A stretch of 64,000 nt of DNA from Longimicrobiales bacterium (GTDB lineage: Bacteria > Gemmatimonadota > Gemmatimonadetes > Longimicrobiales > Gaopeijiaceae), in contig OZ241892.1 of assembly GCA_965203485.1 (NCBI GenBank), positions 2,560,001-2,624,000 on the forward strand, read 5' to 3'. Shown one piece after another: positions 32,080 to 42,911 of this stretch; position 1 is the stretch's first letter; each line of letters opens with the position of its first letter. The notes under the pieces were generated by a model. It was not told the DNA's origin, ran no database searches, and saw only the letters and a program-made list of their open reading frames with translations. A program made the translations under genes and the position numbers.

Positions 32080-32095
32080 GGGCACGAGGCTTGCA
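32080..32095 (+). promoter_or_regulatory. sigma54 (-24/-12) promoter of hsp20
   Basis: GGGCACGAGGCTTGCA against consensus TGGCACG-N4-TTGCW, with correct GG/GC spacing. Confidence 0.7.
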
Positions 32096-32159
32096 GCGCT
32101 TCTCGCACGACGCATGTGCACGGGGCATGTGCGGACCACTTCGTGAAAGGAGCAGACGG

Positions 32160-32603
32160 ATGTACCTGATCAAGGACTTGTTCGGCGAGGCGGCCCTCCG
32201 GCGCGCCTTCGGCGACGACTGCCTCACCGGATGCGGCATCGACCGTACCGCCTGGGCGCCCGCGTTCGGCGTGGAAGAGAAGGACCACGAGATCGAACTC
32301 ACGGGCGAGTTGCCCGGGCTGACCCACGACGACATCGAGGTCAACCTGGAGAACAACGTCCTCACCGTCTCCGGCGAGAAGCGCTTCGTCCGCGACGAAC
32401 GCGCAGAGGGCACGGAGGGAACCGAGGGCAAGCGCCACCTGATGGAGCGCCGCTTCGGCCGCTTCAACCGCTCGTTCGCGTTGCCGCGGACCGTGCAGGC
32501 CGAGGGCATCACGGCCGACTTCGAGAACGGCATCCTGACGGTCCGCCTGCCCAAGGCGGACGAGGCCCGCACCCGCAAGATCGAGGTGCGCACAAGCGCC
32601 TAA
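32160..32603 (+). CDS. Small heat-shock protein (Hsp20/alpha-crystallin)
   Basis: ELPGL..DIEVNLENNVLTVSGEK, ERRFGRFNRSFALP, A.FENGILTVRLPK; AAGGAG RBS. Confidence 0.95.
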   Translation: MYLIKDLFGEAALRRAFGDDCLTGCGIDRTAWAPAFGVEEKDHEIELTGELPGLTHDDIEVNLENNVLTVSGEKRFVRDERAEGTEGTEGKRHLMERRFGRFNRSFALPRTVQAEGITADFENGILTVRLPKADEARTRKIEVRTSA

Positions 32604-32614
32604 TCCGCGCCAAG

Positions 32615-32654
32615 GAGCGCGTCCGCGCGCCGATCCCGGTGCGCGGACGCGCTC
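32615..32654 (+). terminator. 18-bp GC-rich hairpin (one G-U pair) after the hsp20 stop
   Basis: GAGCGCGTCCGCGCGCCG-ATCC-CGGTGCGCGGACGCGCTC; no U-tract. Confidence 0.55.
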
Positions 32655-32881
32655 TGGGCCGCCGACGCCCATTGGAGGGCCCGGGCCTGCAAGGCTCGGG
32701 CCCTCGTTGCGTTTCGCCGAGCCGGAGGTTCCCCGAAACCGCTCGCGCCCTCTCCACGCAACGCTCGACGGCGCGCCGGTCACCCGTGAACGACAGCCTC
32801 GGAGACGCAACCCTTGCCACTCCCTGGACGATTGGCCGAACGGCCTTCGGGCGGGGCCTGACCATGAACATGGACAGCTAG

Positions 32882-34411
32882 CAGCCCGTGGATAAAGTCC
32901 CGACGGTGCCGGTGATTGGTAGGGATTAGATTGGAGTGACGGAACGATTCCCTTGAAGGAGGACGGCGATGGCGTTGGGCAAGCGTCGGAGCGTTCGGCA
33001 GGAGGCGCTGTTCGTGGCGACGAGCGAGATCAGCGCGTCGGAGCATCCGTTCTACCGTGCGCTGGACAAGCTGTTGCGGGAAGACGGCTTCGACGAGTTC
33101 GCGGAGGAGGTGTGCGCCGAGTTCTACGCGGGCAACGTGGGCCGTCCGGGGATTCCTCCGGGGGTGTACTTCCGGGCGCTGATGGTGGGATACCTGGAGG
33201 GCATCTCGTCGGAGCGGGGCATCGCCTGGCGGTGCAGGGACTCGTTTTCGGTGCGTGCGTTCCTGGGGTACGAGCTGACGAGGAACCCGCCGGACCATTC
33301 GAGCCTGTCGAAGACGCGCAAGCGGCTGAGCGTGGAGGCGCACGTCGCAGTGTTCGCGCGCGTGTTGCGGCTGCTGGACGACTCGGGGCTGTTGGGAGGC
33401 GGGACGCTGGGCGTGGACTCGACGACGCTGGAGGCGAACGCGGCGATGCGCTCGATCGTGCGTCGGGACGGGGGCGCGGGCTACGAGGCGTGGCTGCGGG
33501 AGTTGGCGCGGTCGTCGGGGATCGAGACGCCGACGCGCGCGGAGCTGGCGAAGCTGGACCGAAAGCGTCCGAAGAAGGGGTCGAACGCGGAGTGGGTGCA
33601 TCCGGGGGACCCGGAGGCGCGGATCACGAAGATGAAGGACGGGCGCACGCGGCTGGGTCACAAGCTGGAGCAGGCGGTGGACCTGGAGTCGGGCGCGGTG
33701 GTGGGCATGACGGTGCAGACGACGGACGGGGGCGACGCGGCGTCGCTGACGGAGACGCTGGACGAGGCGGAGCGGCGGCTGGCGGAGCTGGGGGCTGGGG
33801 CGGCGGAAGTGGTGTGCGACAAGGGCTGTCACTCGAACAAGACGATGACGGAGTTGGAGGACCGGGGGCTGCGCGGCTACGTGAGCGAGCCCGCGCGCGG
33901 TCGGCGGAGCTGGAAGAAGAACAAGGAAGCCCAGAAGCCGGTCTACGCGAACCGGCGGCGGATTCGGGGCGAGCGCGGAAAGGCACTGCTGAGGATGCGG
34001 GGCGAGAAGCTCGAGCGCTCGTTCGCGCACCTGCTGGGGACGGGCGGACTTCGCCGCGTGCACGTTCGTGGCCACGAGGACATCCGCAAGCGGATGCTGA
34101 TTCACGTCGCCGCCTTCAACCTCGGGCTGCTCATGCGAAGACGCTTCGGAGTCGGCACGCCACGAGGCCTGCAGGGCCGCCCCGCCGCAGCGCAAGCTGT
34201 GCTCGATTCCTGCGCGACGGGCGCCGCAGGCTCCGTTTTGCGCCGATTTTGCCGCCCAATCGCCGCTCTCGAGCCGCTCCGACGTCTCTTGGGGCCGCTC
34301 CAAGCCCAATTCCGCGACTCCCGTGCGTTCGCGCCGTCGAGAGCCCTGTAAAACCGCCGTGTCCCGCCAAGTCTCGTCGCGGACGCGCCCAACCCGTTTG
34401 TCCACGGACTG
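32882..34411 (+). mobile_element. Complete insertion sequence (IS1182/IS5-like), 1530 bp, CTAG flanks
   Basis: Left end CAGCCCGTGGATAAA and right end TTTGTCCACGGACTG (13/15 inverted match); CTAG at 32878-32881 and 34412-34415. Confidence 0.9.
32969..34351 (+). CDS. DDE transposase (DUF772-type N-terminus)
   Basis: GRPGIPP, GISSER, PDHSSLSKTR, GVDSTTLEANA, CDKG, KLERSFAH; GGAGG RBS. Confidence 0.93.
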   Translation: MALGKRRSVRQEALFVATSEISASEHPFYRALDKLLREDGFDEFAEEVCAEFYAGNVGRPGIPPGVYFRALMVGYLEGISSERGIAWRCRDSFSVRAFLGYELTRNPPDHSSLSKTRKRLSVEAHVAVFARVLRLLDDSGLLGGGTLGVDSTTLEANAAMRSIVRRDGGAGYEAWLRELARSSGIETPTRAELAKLDRKRPKKGSNAEWVHPGDPEARITKMKDGRTRLGHKLEQAVDLESGAVVGMTVQTTDGGDAASLTETLDEAERRLAELGAGAAEVVCDKGCHSNKTMTELEDRGLRGYVSEPARGRRSWKKNKEAQKPVYANRRRIRGERGKALLRMRGEKLERSFAHLLGTGGLRRVHVRGHEDIRKRMLIHVAAFNLGLLMRRRFGVGTPRGLQGRPAAAQAVLDSCATGAAGSVLRRFCRPIAALEPLRRLLGPLQAQFRDSRAFAPSRAL

Positions 34412-34511
34412 CTAGGCCACGCTGCCTCGTGGCCATGGCCGTTGCGTCGGGTCAGGAATCCTAGTAGAGTCGTGGCGTGCAATCAGCCTGCTGGCACGAC
34501 CAGGAGCGGCA

Positions 34512-35417
34512 ATGGAACGGGGACCCAACCAGAAGCCCGAATGGCAACGCTACGCTCAGACCTTCGTTGACGTTCGCGGGAGGCCAGCCGTGTTCCTGTT
34601 TTCTCAGGAGTCACTGGGATATCAGCACGCGTTCGCCTTGCGGACGCAATTCGGCAACGCCCGGTTCCCAGAGCTCGACCTGGTCATCAACTCAGGCGGA
34701 GGTAGCATTCATGCGGCATACCAGCTTATCTCTCTCCTGCGTCGCCACGCTAATTGCATTCACGCCTGCGTTCCCTTCTTTGCCAAGAGTGCCGCAACGC
34801 TTCTTTGTGTCGGCTCGGACACGATCTTTCTTGATGAACTAGCCCAGCTAGGACCCTTAGATCCTCAGATCTATGAACAGAAGGGCGGCGGTAAGAGTGA
34901 ATTCACTTCGGCTTTGAATCCGTTCAAGACGCTTGAGCAACTACAAAAATTTTCCCTCGAGAGCCTTGACATTGCTATGAGTGTGATCGTTCGAAGATCT
35001 GGAATGAACGTAGACGAATGCTTGAAACATGCTACTAACTTCGTACAGTCTACGACTGAGCCTCTGTTTTCCCAACTTGATCCAGAGAAACTCGGAGAAT
35101 ACAGTAGAGAGCTAGCGGTAGGTGTGGAATACGGCAAGCGACTACTACACAGGATCGAAAGATGGGATGACAATAGTTCAGAAGTTATTGACAAGCTCGT
35201 GCACGGATATCCTTCACATGGATATATCATTGATTACGACGAACTAAGCGACATGGGTTTCGATGTGCGTATGTTCCCCGATTCCGAACACGCTGCGGTG
35301 CAAGAACTTCGCCATATTGTCGCCCAGAACATCGTTCAGCTAGTACTACCCACGGAAACAGCGGAACCCAAGAACACTGAAAGGACTCAACCTAATCATG
35401 AATCAAGTGCAACCTGA
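34512..35417 (+). CDS. SDH_sah-family Clp-fold serine protease
   Basis: DLVINSGGG, VPFFAKSAATL, LGPLDPQ, YPSHGYII; low GC. Confidence 0.85.
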   Translation: MERGPNQKPEWQRYAQTFVDVRGRPAVFLFSQESLGYQHAFALRTQFGNARFPELDLVINSGGGSIHAAYQLISLLRRHANCIHACVPFFAKSAATLLCVGSDTIFLDELAQLGPLDPQIYEQKGGGKSEFTSALNPFKTLEQLQKFSLESLDIAMSVIVRRSGMNVDECLKHATNFVQSTTEPLFSQLDPEKLGEYSRELAVGVEYGKRLLHRIERWDDNSSEVIDKLVHGYPSHGYIIDYDELSDMGFDVRMFPDSEHAAVQELRHIVAQNIVQLVLPTETAEPKNTERTQPNHESSAT

Positions 35418-35622
35418 ATGGGGAACAGCTAGAATGGACAGAGGGACTGGTGAGCGGCTTTTGTTGCGGACACTTGTCGAAGAACAGCTTCCGGCGACGC
35501 GAATCTTCGTCGATGGACTCTATCAGGAATTTGCGGATTCCGGCAGTCGGAGCAAGATTGATCGACTGATCCAGGACAGAAGCAGAAATCCATGGCCGTT
35601 GACGGATAGCGACCCAGGGTGA
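35398..35622 (+). CDS. Small hypothetical protein (62-74 aa)
   Basis: Overlaps or follows the protease in the same low-GC block; alternative ATG at 35434. Confidence 0.35.
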   Translation: MNQVQPEWGTARMDRGTGERLLLRTLVEEQLPATRIFVDGLYQEFADSGSRSKIDRLIQDRSRNPWPLTDSDPG

Positions 35623-35700
35623 AGATGAGCACCGAGGACCACTTGGTCTATCGACGAGGTGGCTTCGCGACCGCCTGAGATTGGCTGGACACGCGAACCC

Positions 35701-36375
35701 GTGACCGTTAATCGGCCTCTCCAATCCGGCCAACTTCTCACCGGCCTCCTGTTCGACGAGCCGATGCGGGTGGAGACCGTTCGCCCGCAGGGCAGGGACA
35801 CCTGGGTGCCCGACTTGGTCGGAACGCGCTCCGAACGGTTCCGCAACGTCGCGCTCGCCGAGGCCGATCTGGCACAAACTGGCGATCGCCGCTCCTGCGC
35901 CTGGGCATCCAAGCCTGGTCGCTGGGCATCGCCTACGAATTCGACCCCTACTTCGCGCTGTCGATCTCCAAGGTGGACCCGTTGCCGCATCAGCTGGAGG
36001 CCGTCTACGCTACAAGCTGGGCGAACTCCTGCGGGACACTTCGGATCACATGCTCCTGCTGACCGCCACGCCCCACAAGGGCGACCCAGAGAACTTCACG
36101 CTCTTCCTCCAGCTACTGGACCAGGACGACTACGCGGACGTCAAGTCGATCCGATAGGCGATGAACGCCAAGCCCCGTTCTACCTGCGCCGCACCAAGGA
36201 GGCAATCGTTCGCTTCCCGGAGCGCGGCGGCGACGGCACGTGGGTGGCCCGGCCGGTCTTCACCAAGCGCATTCCGCGCACTGCCGGGTTCTCCATCGAC
36301 GGGACCAAGTTGGAACTGTACCAGCAGGTCACGCGCTTCGTGAAGCGGCAAAGCCGACGGGCGGCCGCGCAGGGC
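35701..36375 (+). pseudogene. SNF2-family helicase remnant
   Basis: Fragments in shifting frames: GLLFDEPMRVETV; GIAYEFDPYFALSISKVDPLPHQLEAVY; MLLLTATPHKGDPENF..VKSIR*; FYLRRTKE. Walker A and DExH motifs are missing. Confidence 0.8.
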
Positions 36376-36624
36376 CGAACCGTGGTCCGCGAGCGCTCCG
36401 AGCTTCGCGATGTCGGTGCCAACCACACCGTGCTCGACCGCGTGCACGCAGCCATGCTCTTCCAGCTTGGCGGTCACACCGCGACCCTGCGGGCACTGAT
36501 CGAGGCGGGAACAGGAGCGTGGGCCCGACTCATGCATCTGGCCAACGCGCTGTCTGCTCTGTATCCTCGGGGAAGCCAGGAGAAACGACTTCTCGACGCC
36601 ATGTTGCTGGCGGCGCCGAAGTAG
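36376..36624 (+). pseudogene. C-terminal remnant of a DUF1156-type adenine methyltransferase, joined in frame to the helicase remnant
   Basis: TVLDRVHAAMLFQLGG..LRALI..LANALSALYPRGSQEKRLLDAMLLAAPK matches my recollection of DUF1156 C-termini; not verified by search. Confidence 0.6.
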
Positions 36625-36640
36625 AGGCGGAGACGGACAA

Positions 36641-37762
36641 ATGCCAAACGCAATCGAGTCCGTTCGCGTCAAAGGCTTCCGATCCCTCGCGGACGTGCAG
36701 ATCAAGGGCCTGTCCCGGGGGGCGACCGTCTTGATCGGAGCCAACGGCTCGGGCAAGTCCAACCTCATGCGCCTCCTCGAAATGATTGGCTGGATGGTCG
36801 ATCTCCGGCGTATGCGCGACTACGTCGCCCGTCACGGAGGCGCCGACGACCAGCTGTTCGGCGGCCGAAAGACGACGCCGGAGATCAAGGCCCAGGTCGA
36901 TGTTCGCACTCCACACGGTCGGGTTGAGTACCGTTTTGCGCTGGAGTGCACCACCGGCGATTGGTTCGTCTTCGCCGAGGAGGCATACCGAATCGCCAAG
37001 TCCGGCAAGTCGGCCGACGTACCCTGGGAACGGATCGAAGACAGCGGCTATCGCGAGGCAAGAGTTGCAGAGAGAACCAACGGCAACGGCCCAGGACCCG
37101 AAGCCGCGCGCACGCTCGTTGGACTGTTGCGGCGTTGTCTCATATACCAATTTCACGACACGTCGTTCGACTCGAGGATGAAAGTCAGCTGGGATGCCAC
37201 GGATTTCGGCCGTCTGCGTAGCGACGGGGCGAATTTGGCTTCGGTGCTGTCGTTGCTGGAGCGCGAGGACAACCCGCGATTCGAGTTGATCTGCCGCTAC
37301 ATTCGTCTCGCGGTCCCCGTCTTCGACCGCTTCGAGATCGAGGAAGAATACGGCGAGGTGCAGTTGCGGTGGAAGCACAAAGACATGGACAAGACGATGG
37401 GAGCTCACATGACTTCCGACGGCATGCTACGCTTCTTCGCCCTTGTGACGCTACTGAACCTCCCGTCGGAGATGCTGCCCGGCGTGTTGCTCCTGGACGA
37501 GCCGGAGCTGGGGCTGCATCCAGCGGCCATCACGCTGATCGGCGCCATGATCGACTCCGTCGCCATGGACCGGCAGGTCATCGTGGCCACCCAATCGCCG
37601 CTGGTGGTGGACAACTTCCGCCTCGACGAGATCGTCGTTCTGGAGCTGGAGGACGGCCGGACGACGGTCCGCAGATTCGACGATGCCGAGTACGGCCAGT
37701 GGCTCAACGAGTGCTCGAGCGGCGAACTCTGGCAGAAGAACGTGCTGGGCGGCCGACCGTGA
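36641..37762 (+). CDS. AAA_21/AbiEii-like ABC ATPase
   Basis: VKGFRSL, GANGSGKSN, YQFHDTS, SDG, LLLDEPELGLHP, ATQSP. Confidence 0.9.
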   Translation: MPNAIESVRVKGFRSLADVQIKGLSRGATVLIGANGSGKSNLMRLLEMIGWMVDLRRMRDYVARHGGADDQLFGGRKTTPEIKAQVDVRTPHGRVEYRFALECTTGDWFVFAEEAYRIAKSGKSADVPWERIEDSGYREARVAERTNGNGPGPEAARTLVGLLRRCLIYQFHDTSFDSRMKVSWDATDFGRLRSDGANLASVLSLLEREDNPRFELICRYIRLAVPVFDRFEIEEEYGEVQLRWKHKDMDKTMGAHMTSDGMLRFFALVTLLNLPSEMLPGVLLLDEPELGLHPAAITLIGAMIDSVAMDRQVIVATQSPLVVDNFRLDEIVVLELEDGRTTVRRFDDAEYGQWLNECSSGELWQKNVLGGRP

Positions 37763-38409
37763 TTCGTCTTGCAGTATCGGCGGAGGGCCACACCGAGGTA
37801 GCGTTCGTGACGAGCGTGCTCCGGGACCATCTGTCGCCAATGAAGGTCATGCCTTATGCACTGCTTCTCGGACGCGCCCGCGAGGGCATGGGCGGCGGAG
37901 GTGACGTCACCGTGGCCCGCCTCGTGGAAGACATGCGTCGCTGGCAGAGTAGCTTCGACGCCATGACGTCGCTGGTGGACTTCTACGGCTTTCGGGGCAA
38001 GCGGGACCGAACGCGCAAAGGCCGAGCAGTTGAATACATCGTTGTCATCCCCGCGCGGGACTCCAAGGCCCGCGAAGCGGAGTTCCGGCTCACGGCCGAG
38101 CCCGACTTTCCCCTGGCCACCGCTACCCAAACCGTCGTCGAGCCGACGCCCCCAACGGAAGCACCTACCGCGGACCACGCACCTGTCACATTGCGTCTCA
38201 CAGGCACCGTGCCGTCCGACAGCTGGAACCGCGTAGGCATGAAGCTACTGCCCAAATTGGGCTCCCGCCGCTCCGAGCCCAAAGTCTCGGTGGACCTCTC
38301 AGTACGCGTGGACGCGAACGCCGCCGGTCCTCTCAAGGCCGAACTCCAACAGGTCCTGGACGATCTAGGCCTCGGCGCATCCATGACCGTGCGCAAGGAG
38401 AACGAATGA
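37759..38409 (+). pseudogene. Chimeric ORF: DUF4276 (TOPRIM-like) N-terminus fused to a DUF499-like C-terminus
   Basis: EGHTEVAFV..GGGDV..TSLVDFYGF ends near 38013; then LRLTGTVPSDSWNRVGMKLLPKL..ELQQVLDDLGL. Family assignments from memory. Confidence 0.6.
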
Positions 38410-38566
38410 CCTGCATCTGCCTGGCCCCTCGCCAGCGAACTGGAAAATAGGATGCCCGCTGTTGGTACCGACGCTCACCCCCCTCCTCCCCGACTTCTTG
38501 GCCGCCAGCAATCTCACCCCTCCCGCACAATACCAGGCGAGAGCTTTGCGGCTCACGTGAGAGGCA

Positions 38567-38800
38567 TCAGCGACGAGGATGTGACAGCTGAGCGAGCACA
38601 GGTAGTATGGGTTGCCTCGCTGACGTCGCGTTTGGACGGACAGCGAACGGGCTCACGATCCGACTGCCCTTCTCGACCCAGATGCCCATGCTCTCGAGCT
38701 TTTTGCGCATGCGCAGGGATTCTCGGACGATGTCGGGGTCTACGCCAGGGTTTCGAGAGATCTCCTCGTCGGTAAGCACGAGGCCATCATTGGCGTTCAT
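38567..38800 (-). CDS. Small hypothetical protein (77 aa)
   Basis: GGAGA RBS, AT-rich upstream region, protein-like composition. Confidence 0.5.
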   Translation of the reverse strand: MNANDGLVLTDEEISRNPGVDPDIVRESLRMRKKLESMGIWVEKGSRIVSPFAVRPNATSARQPILPVLAQLSHPRR

Positions 38801-39001
38801 TCACGGTCTCCTTGTCAGGGTAAACGGCGGCTGTGAACTATACTGGGAATCTGCTCTGTATCCGCAAAGTCACGCAAGAACAAAACTACTCCTTCAAGTT
38901 CTTGCAACACTACCAGTTCGGCGGTGGCCTGCGGTCCGCTACTATCCGGTGCGGTCCCGCGCGGCACAGATCTCGTGCCGACGGGGCCGTGGGACGACCC
39001 G

Positions 39002-39436
39002 TCAGTTCACCTTGCGGACGAAGACGACGGTCGCGGGCCGGGCCGCAACGCCGTCCGCGCCGGCTTCCCCAGCTACGTCCAACTCAAATCTGAAGCGGTC
39101 CGGTCCGTGCCTTTCCACGCGGCCCTCCACGGCGCGGCTCGCCGTCCCGCGCCACGGCCCGGCGGCCAACCGCATCTCCTCGGCCGCGCCGTTCCGCAAC
39201 AGCTGGTACGGCGTTTCTCCGTCGAAGCCGCAGTCCTCCCCCGCCGTCGTCCACCTCGCCCGGCCTTCGGCCAGCTCCCCGAAGACCACGCTCGTCCTCT
39301 GCGCAAGAACGCACGGGGCATCCCCGCGCACGGCCACGACCGTCCACGCTCCGGCCAGCGGGTTCTCGACCGCAGGCTCGCACGCGGCCAGGGCGGCAAT
39401 CCAGGCCGTCGCTCCCAGCGTCCTGCGCAAGCCCAT
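39002..39436 (-). CDS. Hypothetical lipoprotein (beta-barrel/lipocalin-like)
   Basis: LAAC lipobox, LAGAW motif; GAGG RBS downstream of ahcY. Confidence 0.65.
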   Translation of the reverse strand: MGLRRTLGATAWIAALAACEPAVENPLAGAWTVVAVRGDAPCVLAQRTSVVFGELAEGRARWTTAGEDCGFDGETPYQLLRNGAAEEMRLAAGPWRGTASRAVEGRVERHGPDRFRFELDVAGEAGADGVAARPATVVFVRKVN

Positions 39437-39451
39437 TCCTCGGCCTCCGGC

Positions 39452-41059
<1,608 letters not shown>

Positions 41060-41156
41060 CGGTCTCGGTCCTTCGGGGCCGGCATCTGCGGCTAGGCGGG
41101 CGGAGTGTGCGTGCTTTTGCGAAAGATAGCGAGGAAGACGGAGCCAGAATGCGTTG

Positions 41157-41498
41157 CTATGCCGCCGGAGCCGACTCGATGTCGCCGACGCCGGACAGCG
41201 GCAACGCCGTGATGCCGTCGACCGTCGGGCACTCCCTGTCTCCCGGAGCCAAGTCGCGAGACGTCTCCAACCCCAGGAGGAAATGAAGGATGCCGCTGTC
41301 CCGCAGATGCGCCTTCGGCGACTTGACCAGACGCTTGCCCACGTTCTCGAACCGGGGCGGCAACACGCGCACCAGGCACGTGCCCGCCAGCAGGTCGAGG
41401 TAGCGGTCGGCGGTCTTCGCCGACCGGCCCAGCGAGGCCCCATCTCCGGCGGCGTTCAGCAGGTGGAGGCCGACGCCGGACAGGTGCACCTCCGACAC
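41157..41498 (-). pseudogene. AAA_14/DUF4143 ATP-binding protein remnant
   Basis: [43 protein letters not shown]; the ATPase domain is absent. Confidence 0.75.
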
Positions 41499-41579
41499 GG
41501 CGCGGCGCGGGACCGGCTGGAGCAGGGAGATGCGCGTGGCGGGGATTGCGGCGATCCGGGAGAGGATCGGCGGACTCCC

Positions 41580-42911
41580 CTACTCCTCCTCGAACTCTTC
41601 GTCCGACAAGCGGAACGCCTCGATGAGCTCGGGATCGTCTTCGTCGCCCAGAACGCGGCCTGCCAGGTACTCGCCGGTCACGGGGCCGAACTTGAAGCCC
41701 TCGGCGGAGCCGCCGCCGGCGAGCCAGACGTTGTCGAAGTCGGGGTGGTGGTCGAAGAAGAAGTTGCGGGTCACCGAGACTTCGTAGTGGCACGCACGGG
41801 TCTCGCTGACGGGGGCGTCCGCCAAGCCGGGGAAGCGCTTCTTCACGAAGGCGAGCGGGCGCTCCATGTCCTCGGCGGTGAGCCAGCGCCGGCTGGTGTC
41901 GGGATCGTCGGGGGCGCGGCCGCCGGTGCGCACGCGGAAGCCTCGGTTGTCCGGCCCCAATGCGGGCCATCCGGTGACGCCGGGGAAGTTGTAGCTGGGC
42001 AGGTTGGGAAAGGCGTAGCGGTTGTCGCCGGGCGGCGTGCGCAGGTAGACGACGTTGCCGATGGGGATGCGCAGCCGCTTGCCCATCAGCTGGGGGAACG
42101 CCTTGGGGTACCACGGGCCGAGGGCGAAGACGTAGGCGCCCGCCGACAGGGACTCGTCCGGACGCAGGCGGAGGGCGTCCAGGGCGCGGCCGGAGCGGCC
42201 GCCCAGCGCGGCGTGGGCGATCTTCACTTGGCCGCCCGCATGGCGGAAGACCGTGGCTGCGGACTCGATGGCCCTGCGGGCGCGCACGACTCCGGCGTCC
42301 AGCTCGTGGAGGGCCACGGAGATGCCGGAGAGGTCGATCACGGGCCAGCGGCGTCCGACTTCGGTGTCGTCGAGAACTTCGTAGCGGACTCCCGCCTGGT
42401 CCCAGTTGGCGCGGGTCTCCTCCATGAAGTCGGTCCACTCGTCGCGCATGATCAGGTCCGACGTCGTGAAGAAGACGCGAGGGAGCATCATGTCCTGCCA
42501 CTGCTCGTCCCACGCCTTCCACTTCTCGATGGCGCGCTTGGCCCAGCGCGTCCACAGCAGGCCGTGCGGGCGGCCGCCGTACCCGGTGCGGACGCCGCGC
42601 GTCTCGCCGCCGGACGTGGCCCGCGAGTTGGCCGGGCCGTACTGGTCGATCAACGTCACCTGCGCGCCCGACCGCTGGAGGTGAAGCGCGGTCCACGCGC
42701 CGAACGCTCCCGCGCCGACGACGGCGAAGTCGGGGCGGCGGCGGGCCACGACGGCGGGCGCGTCCGCAACGGCGACCCGCGCCGCCGGACGACGGGCGTC
42801 GGCCTCGGCCTGCGTCGCGGCGGCCCTCCCCGCCAGCGCCGCGCCCGCGCCGGCGGCGGCGACCCGCAGAAAGCCGCGCCGCCCTACGGCCGCGGGCTCG
42901 GTCCCGCTCAA
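41580..42911 (-). CDS. Tat-exported FAD-dependent oxidoreductase (sarcosine oxidase/DAO family)
   Basis: GRRGFLR twin-arginine signal, VVGAGAFG, TSGGETR, ACHY, GGSAEGFKFGP; TTGA overlap with the cytochrome gene. Confidence 0.88.
   Translation of the reverse strand: MSGTEPAAVGRRGFLRVAAAGAGAALAGRAAATQAEADARRPAARVAVADAPAVVARRRPDFAVVGAGAFGAWTALHLQRSGAQVTLIDQYGPANSRATSGGETRGVRTGYGGRPHGLLWTRWAKRAIEKWKAWDEQWQDMMLPRVFFTTSDLIMRDEWTDFMEETRANWDQAGVRYEVLDDTEVGRRWPVIDLSGISVALHELDAGVVRARRAIESAATVFRHAGGQVKIAHAALGGRSGRALDALRLRPDESLSAGAYVFALGPWYPKAFPQLMGKRLRIPIGNVVYLRTPPGDNRYAFPNLPSYNFPGVTGWPALGPDNRGFRVRTGGRAPDDPDTSRRWLTAEDMERPLAFVKKRFPGLADAPVSETRACHYEVSVTRNFFFDHHPDFDNVWLAGGGSAEGFKFGPVTGEYLAGRVLGDEDDPELIEAFRLSDEEFEEE

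Noticed and set aside
41060..41156. SAH or SAM riboswitch upstream of ahcY
   Set aside because: No recognisable consensus by eye; the region abuts the DUF4143 remnant. An Rfam scan would settle it.
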